Shown one piece after another: positions 58,903 through 64,000 of a stretch of 64,000 nt of DNA (position 1 is the stretch's first letter; each line of letters starts with the position of its first letter). Position numbers and translations under genes: made by a program. Origin of the DNA: an uncultured Gammaproteobacteria bacterium (GTDB taxonomy: Bacteria; Patescibacteriota; Microgenomatia; Woykebacterales; RBG-16-39-9b). The notes below the pieces were generated by a model. That model did not search any database. It had not been told where the DNA came from and saw only the letters and a program-made list of their open reading frames with translations. Location of the stretch: positions 81,739-145,738 of the forward strand of contig OZ246414.1 of NCBI GenBank assembly GCA_965231125.1, written 5' to 3'.

Positions 58903-59535
58903 ATGATAAAGGCAGTTATTTTTGATTTGGACGGAGTCTTAGTCGATACCGAGCCTTTGTGGTACGAAACGTTTGCCAAAGTTAGTAGAGAATTTGGGTT
59001 TGAATACTCAGACGAACTTCATAGTTTGACTACGGGGCGTTACGACGGCGCTAAACAAATAGCAAAGGCTTTGGGCTTTGCTGAAAAACATTTAGAGTTT
59101 AGGGACAAGAGCCGGGAAATTTACAAGGATCTTTTTAAAAAAAGAGCAAAGCTTATCCCGGGTGTGGTAAATGTTCTAAACAATTTAAAAGGGAAATATA
59201 AGTTGGCCATAGCTACTTCAGCTTACAAACCCAGACTCGAATACAATTTAGATAAGTTTCCAGAGCTTAAAGAATTTTTTGATATAACTACCCATGGTGA
59301 GGAAGTCGAAAAAAGTAAGCCAGCGCCGGATATTTTTCTTTTTACAGCGAAAAAGTTGAAAGTTAAGCCAAAGGAATGTGTTGTTGTAGAAGATGCAAAA
59401 TACGGGATAGAAGCGGCTAAAGCTGCTGGTATGAAAGCAATTGGGTTAAAACTACCCCACGTTTTTCCCCAAGATTTGTCGCAGGCAGATAAAGTGGTAA
59501 CCTCCTTTTCAGAAATTGATCTAACCTCCCTATAA
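58903..59535 (+). CDS. HAD-superfamily hydrolase (beta-phosphoglucomutase-like)
   Basis: DxD motif (VIFDLDGVLVDTE) and a C-terminal VEDAKYGIEAAKAAGM motif. Confidence 0.7.
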   Translation: MIKAVIFDLDGVLVDTEPLWYETFAKVSREFGFEYSDELHSLTTGRYDGAKQIAKALGFAEKHLEFRDKSREIYKDLFKKRAKLIPGVVNVLNNLKGKYKLAIATSAYKPRLEYNLDKFPELKEFFDITTHGEEVEKSKPAPDIFLFTAKKLKVKPKECVVVEDAKYGIEAAKAAGMKAIGLKLPHVFPQDLSQADKVVTSFSEIDLTSL

Positions 59536-59619
59536 ACCCCAAATTTGACTATAAGATTTATAATTTAGCTAGTTCCTAAGCGAATTGCTGACGCCCAATA
59601 AACCAAGGAGGTTGAGAGA

Positions 59620-59886
59620 ATGGTAGGAGGAAGGGTTCGTCGGCCCAGCGTAATTGTTAAGGCCGATTGGGATAAACTTAGTGAAAAGCAGCAGCGGATC
59701 GTAGCTTTCATGGCTAAACACATACTTGAGCGTTTTTCGACCCGTTCTATCGCAGAAGGCGCGGGTCTAAAATCGGTGGAGGGTGTGGATCTGACTAAAT
59801 TGAACATTAAGTTTCAGAAGTTGGGAGTGGTAGTCAGAGTATCTTGGGAAGACGTTGGACAACAGACCTTTTGGTTTATGAGTTAA
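59620..59886 (+). CDS. hypothetical small protein
   Basis: 88-aa ORF. Followed by an 11-bp perfect hairpin at 59913..59943. Confidence 0.3.
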   Translation: MVGGRVRRPSVIVKADWDKLSEKQQRIVAFMAKHILERFSTRSIAEGAGLKSVEGVDLTKLNIKFQKLGVVVRVSWEDVGQQTFWFMS

Positions 59887-59984
59887 TTGAGTCGTAACAC
59901 TAATCTTTGGCGGATCTTCAAGCCAAAAGAAGATCCGCCGTTACTTTGACAAATACACCGACAAGCCGTAAACTTTTTTCAAAT

Positions 59985-60590
59985 ATGGTTAAAAAATCTG
60001 TAAAAGTATCCAAAGGAAAATCTAAAAAAGAAGAGAGGAAAAGGTTAATTGTGGTTCATGGGTGGGAAGGGTCCCCGGAACATGGTTGGTTCCCCTGGTT
60101 AAAAAGTGAAATGGAAAAAAGGGGCTGGCAAGTTCAAATCCCCGCAATGCCCAGTGCCGCGGCCCCAAAAGTTTACGAATGGGTCCCTTACCTCTTAGAA
60201 GTTGCCGGAAGAGTTGATGAAAACACTTTTATGATTGGCCATTCTCTTGGCTGTGTTACAATTTTGAAATTTTTAGAGAGCCTGCCAAAAGGAAAAATGC
60301 TTGGTGGAGCAATTCTTGTGGCTGGGTTTGATAATTCGTTGACTTTCAAAGAGCTGGAAAATTTTTTTGATACGCCGATTGATTGGGAAAAAGCTAAGAA
60401 GAAGTGCAAGAAATTTGTTTCTATTCATTCCGAAAATGATCCTTCGGTACCCGTGGAAAATAGTATAAAATTCGAAAAAGGTTTGGGCGCCAAGAAAATT
60501 ATTGTCGATGGTTACAAACATTTTAGTGGTGATGATGGCTTCACTTCATTGCCACTTATTCTTGAAGAACTACTTGAGATTTCACAATAA
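59985..60590 (+). CDS. alpha/beta serine hydrolase (YdeN/RBBP9-like)
   Basis: GHSLGC nucleophile elbow. The start is moved to MVKKSVKV, because the upstream 26 codons contain the terminator hairpin of the preceding gene. Confidence 0.55.
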   Translation: MVKKSVKVSKGKSKKEERKRLIVVHGWEGSPEHGWFPWLKSEMEKRGWQVQIPAMPSAAAPKVYEWVPYLLEVAGRVDENTFMIGHSLGCVTILKFLESLPKGKMLGGAILVAGFDNSLTFKELENFFDTPIDWEKAKKKCKKFVSIHSENDPSVPVENSIKFEKGLGAKKIIVDGYKHFSGDDGFTSLPLILEELLEISQ

Positions 60591-60626
60591 TGTCTCGTCT
60601 ACTGATCAGTCGAGCCCTGACACAAA

Positions 60627-61133
60627 TTAGTAATATCTTTTTTCGCCAGCTGTCACTGCGACATTCAAAGTGTTTTCGTCTGGTGTTATCGGACAACGGA
60701 AATGGTTATTGTAGGCACAATAAGGGTTGTAGGCGTAGTTAAAATCTAAGTCCACTTTACCTTGATCTTCCTCCACCTCAATGTAACGGCCATCGTGATA
60801 AGTCTCGCTGGAATTAGTTTTATCTCGGAAAGATAAAAATAAGTGACTTCTATCCAGACTTTGGAAAACGGCCAGGTTATAATTGTTCCCATCTATTTGG
60901 AATTTAATCTCTCCGTACCGTTTGTAGGTCTCCGTGTCGCCAGCGCTGGTTTTAATGTCGACAATTTCTTGGCTTTCACTTTTTTCTAAGAAAGCTTTAA
61001 CATGAAATTTAGGGTTTTCGGGATAATACTGCAGGCCTTTAAATTTTTCTCTTTGCTCAGAAGTTATCGGTGGATCTTCACTTGAGCCGAAAAACTCGTC
61101 TTTTTCTTTGCGAAATTTTACGAGCTGGTCCAC
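60627..61133 (-). CDS. DUF1684-like protein
   Basis: N-terminal FRKEKDEFFGSSEDPP pattern. Confidence 0.35.
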   Translation of the reverse strand: MDQLVKFRKEKDEFFGSSEDPPITSEQREKFKGLQYYPENPKFHVKAFLEKSESQEIVDIKTSAGDTETYKRYGEIKFQIDGNNYNLAVFQSLDRSHLFLSFRDKTNSSETYHDGRYIEVEEDQGKVDLDFNYAYNPYCAYNNHFRCPITPDENTLNVAVTAGEKRYY

Positions 61134-61219
61134 AGACTAATTTTAACAAAAGGTAAAAACCCCAGTCCAGAAGTTTTGTTTTGACAAAATCTTGTAAAAG
61201 CGCTAAGCTGTATTTAATA

Positions 61220-62896
61220 ATGGATCCGCAGCCTGCTCAGACTAACACGTCTAATATTGAAGCTTTAAGTAAGGAATCAAAATCCAAAACTCCGGTAGCT
61301 GCCTTGTTAATAATTTTAATTATATTGGCTTTGGGCGTCGGTTGGTTTTTATATACTAAGAACCAGACATCTAAATCTCCCGAAGAAAAAATAGTCACCG
61401 GGTTGCCGCGGGACTCGATTACCATCGGCCAAACAGTTGCTCCTTCGGGAGTTTTCCCAAATTCTGTTGCCGAGGATGCCGATGTAGCCTTCAACGCCAA
61501 TATTTTTGACGGGTTAGGAAAGATAACGGATGGTAAGGTTGAACCTGCTCTAGCAGTCAGTTGGAGTAATCCAGATAAAAACACTTGGAGATTCAATCTG
61601 CGTAAGGGGGTTACATTTCAAAACGGAGATCCGTTCACCGCTGCCGATGTAAAGTTTAGCATCGAGGAAGCGCTGAATAGTATAAAGGATGATGTTAATG
61701 GGGTTGATGTTTTAAAGAACGATTGGCCGGACGTAGCCAACTTAGGATCTGTAAAAGCGGTGAAAGTTACCGACGACTATACGGTGGATGTCGAGACAGT
61801 CTCACCGGATCCAGTCCTTTTTAACCGGCTTGTTTTTGTACCGATTGTTTCCAAAAAACAATTCGGCGAAAATACCGGTAAATTTACTGCGGTGGGTACA
61901 GGAGCATATAAGTTGGTTAGTATAACTGGGACTAGCGCGGTGTTGGAAGCGAATGCGGATTATTATTTAGGAGCGCCGCGAGTTAAAAAGGTAGTTTATA
62001 AATTTTTCCCTGAAAATACCCCGGATTCGAAGCTGATTGCTGCTCTTAACAAAGGAGAAACCGATTTACTAAGAGTTAGCGACGAGAAGTTACTCGCCAA
62101 GCTCGACAGCGGTTTTCAAGTAAAGACTTTAGTAGACCCATCCATCGCCTTTATCTGGATGGATACGGCTCGTGATAAAAGTCCTTTTGTGAATAAAACT
62201 CCCAACCCCCTTAAGAACAAGCTTGTTAGACGAGCTATTTACGATGCAATCGATATAAATAAAGCCACTAAGGAAGCGAGTATCTCCGCCGAGCCTGCAT
62301 CTCAACTTGTTCCAAATTCCATCTTTGGATTTAACCCAGAGATAAAAAGACCGCAGCCTAATATAGAAGAAGCAAAAAATTTATTAATGCAGGCGGGAGA
62401 TAAAAGCTTTAGCCTAACTTTAGATGTCCCGGCTTTACAGACAGACGTAGCTAAAAAAATTGCAGTACAGCTTGACCGAATTGGTATTAAGATTAAAGTA
62501 AACCCATTAGTAAAGCAGGGTGGTCTCAACAAGTTGTTTACAGGCGATACCTCTGCGTTCATACTTAATTATAGTGCCGGGACTTATGATGCCGGAGAAA
62601 TTTTTACCGATGTGTTACACACTAGAACGGGCTCGTTTGGGGGTAGTAATATAACCAATTTTAGTGACCCAGAAATTGATAAGATCACCGATGAAATCGC
62701 CGTCACGTTTGACCCTAAATCTAGAGCTGAAAAACTGCAAGAGGCAATGACAAAAGCAATGGACTCTCTTCCGTTGGTACCTCTTTACAGCTATAAATTT
62801 TCCTACATTATCCGCAATAATTTTGATTGGACACCAACTGCATTTGGTGTGGTGTACCCCGACGAAATTTCTGGGCGCGATGTTATTGGGCAGTAA
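61220..62896 (+). CDS. ABC transporter substrate-binding protein, family 5 (oligopeptide/nickel type)
   Basis: TM anchor, then an SBP_bac_5-like domain layout. Confidence 0.55.
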   Translation: MDPQPAQTNTSNIEALSKESKSKTPVAALLIILIILALGVGWFLYTKNQTSKSPEEKIVTGLPRDSITIGQTVAPSGVFPNSVAEDADVAFNANIFDGLGKITDGKVEPALAVSWSNPDKNTWRFNLRKGVTFQNGDPFTAADVKFSIEEALNSIKDDVNGVDVLKNDWPDVANLGSVKAVKVTDDYTVDVETVSPDPVLFNRLVFVPIVSKKQFGENTGKFTAVGTGAYKLVSITGTSAVLEANADYYLGAPRVKKVVYKFFPENTPDSKLIAALNKGETDLLRVSDEKLLAKLDSGFQVKTLVDPSIAFIWMDTARDKSPFVNKTPNPLKNKLVRRAIYDAIDINKATKEASISAEPASQLVPNSIFGFNPEIKRPQPNIEEAKNLLMQAGDKSFSLTLDVPALQTDVAKKIAVQLDRIGIKIKVNPLVKQGGLNKLFTGDTSAFILNYSAGTYDAGEIFTDVLHTRTGSFGGSNITNFSDPEIDKITDEIAVTFDPKSRAEKLQEAMTKAMDSLPLVPLYSYKFSYIIRNNFDWTPTAFGVVYPDEISGRDVIGQ

Positions 62897-62940
62897 TCTT
62901 TTAAACCCCCTTGTGCTAAACTGAAGATGTTTGGAGATAA

Positions 62941-64000
62941 ATGCTGCTACCCGGAATAATTCGCAAATCCATAAGAGTTAAGTTTAGCTTGTTAATATTT
63001 GCGTTACTTTTGTTGGTCTTTTCCATCTCTTCTGGAATTCTAATTTACCAAAATATAGGTACACAGAGAAAAAATCTTATCAATCAAGCCCGTGCCTTTG
63101 CGAAACTATCAGCTAGGCCAATTGGCGATACTTATTCATTGTATTACGACTCCGGATATTTGAAATTTCAGGAACTCACCGGTGATGTTTTATCCTTAAA
63201 CTCTGATATCGAAAAAGTACAGATAATCTCAGTAAACGGCGACATTTTATTCGATTCAGACAGCCTGAACAACCCTAAACCCAGCACGACCCTTGCTATT
63301 GCAGACAAGGACACTCTTTCTAAGATTAACTCTAACTCAGAGACTGAAATCCCGGCAAAGGCCGGCAACTCACGTCCGGAACAGATAATCGAGCCTTATG
63401 TAGAAGATTTTGGGGCTCATCCTTTTTCCATCCGCTATTTTATTTCTTACGATGCTATTTCAAAAAATCTTCTGTACACGGTACTGACGACATTGGTCTT
63501 AAGTTCAATCTTTTTTCTGGGCTCCATCGCATTGATAGTTGTGGTGATTAACAGGACGATTCTTTCTCCAATCGAGGCAGTTATTCAAGGAACCAAAAAA
63601 ATTAGCGGCGGAAACTTATCGCACATAATTGAAGTTAAAACAAACGATGAAGTAGCTGATTTGGCCGCCGCCGTAAACCAAATGGCGCAGACTCTTAGAA
63701 AAAATATTGAAGATCTTAAAGAGCTGGACAAGCTTAAAGACGAATTTATTTTCCTCGCTTCTCATAATTTGCGCACGCCTCTGACAGTTATTAAAGGGTA
63801 TTTGGGCCTTCTTGAGGTGGACAAATCGTTGAGTACCCAAGTGCGAGGTAGCATCAGAAAAATTGTCGAGAGCACTAGCGATCTTGAAGAAATAACCGAA
63901 AATCTTCTCAGCCTAGTTTCATTGGAAAAAGGTAAAGAGAAGGCCATAACAAAGCGGGTGGACTTAGTAGAATTGCTAGAAAAAGTAACAAGTAAGCTTT
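62941..64000 (+). CDS. sensor histidine kinase (two TM helices, HAMP, HisKA; 3' end truncated by the window)
   Basis: The frame is open from ATG 62941 to the window end. It contains two TM helices, a HAMP linker and an H-box (FIFLASHNLRTPLTVIKGY). Confidence 0.75.
   Translation, partial: MLLPGIIRKSIRVKFSLLIFALLLLVFSISSGILIYQNIGTQRKNLINQARAFAKLSARPIGDTYSLYYDSGYLKFQELTGDVLSLNSDIEKVQIISVNGDILFDSDSLNNPKPSTTLAIADKDTLSKINSNSETEIPAKAGNSRPEQIIEPYVEDFGAHPFSIRYFISYDAISKNLLYTVLTTLVLSSIFFLGSIALIVVVINRTILSPIEAVIQGTKKISGGNLSHIIEVKTNDEVADLAAAVNQMAQTLRKNIEDLKELDKLKDEFIFLASHNLRTPLTVIKGYLGLLEVDKSLSTQVRGSIRKIVESTSDLEEITENLLSLVSLEKGKEKAITKRVDLVELLEKVTSKL

Overview
This 64-kb window looks like bacterial chromosomal DNA from a small, compact genome, about 45% GC overall. 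It has the hallmarks of a Candidate Phyla Radiation / Patescibacteria-like organism (inference). It contains the replication-origin neighbourhood: rpmH-rnpA-yidC-jag-rnhA transcribed divergently from dnaA-dnaN-recF. It also contains the dnaG-rpoD operon, smpB with an adjacent tmRNA, seven tRNAs (four serine isoacceptors, two arginine, one asparagine), comFC, valS, tsaD, galU and groES-groEL. It ends in a truncated sensor histidine kinase. The most distinctive part is a roughly 20-kb type IV secretion-like locus (about 18.2-38.4 kb). It starts with an array of six tandem paralogous two-helix pilin genes (TrbC/VirB2-like) carrying seven pilin modules between them. One gene has an internal duplication and two share a Cys-x2-LPGGT-x-Cys tail. 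The locus continues with a bifunctional SLT lytic-transglycosylase/HExxH protein, a polytopic VirB6/TrbL-like protein, a PrgI/VirB3-like protein and an apparently split VirB4 ATPase. No VirD4 coupling ATPase or relaxase is visible. Embedded in this locus is a roughly 3.3-kb orphan ORF (1113 aa from the SD-preceded start at 32945) of clearly higher GC than the host, on the minus strand. It follows an 870-nt ORF-free leader full of hairpins and a perfect 12-bp palindrome. This is the best candidate here for something undescribed. Other accessory signals: a roughly 62% GC mini-island next to a tRNA-Ser; a tandemly duplicated small-membrane-protein cassette with a repeated 45-nt upstream element; and a 400-nt palindrome-rich intergenic region. 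All functional calls come from motif recognition in the translated ORFs; no database searches were run.
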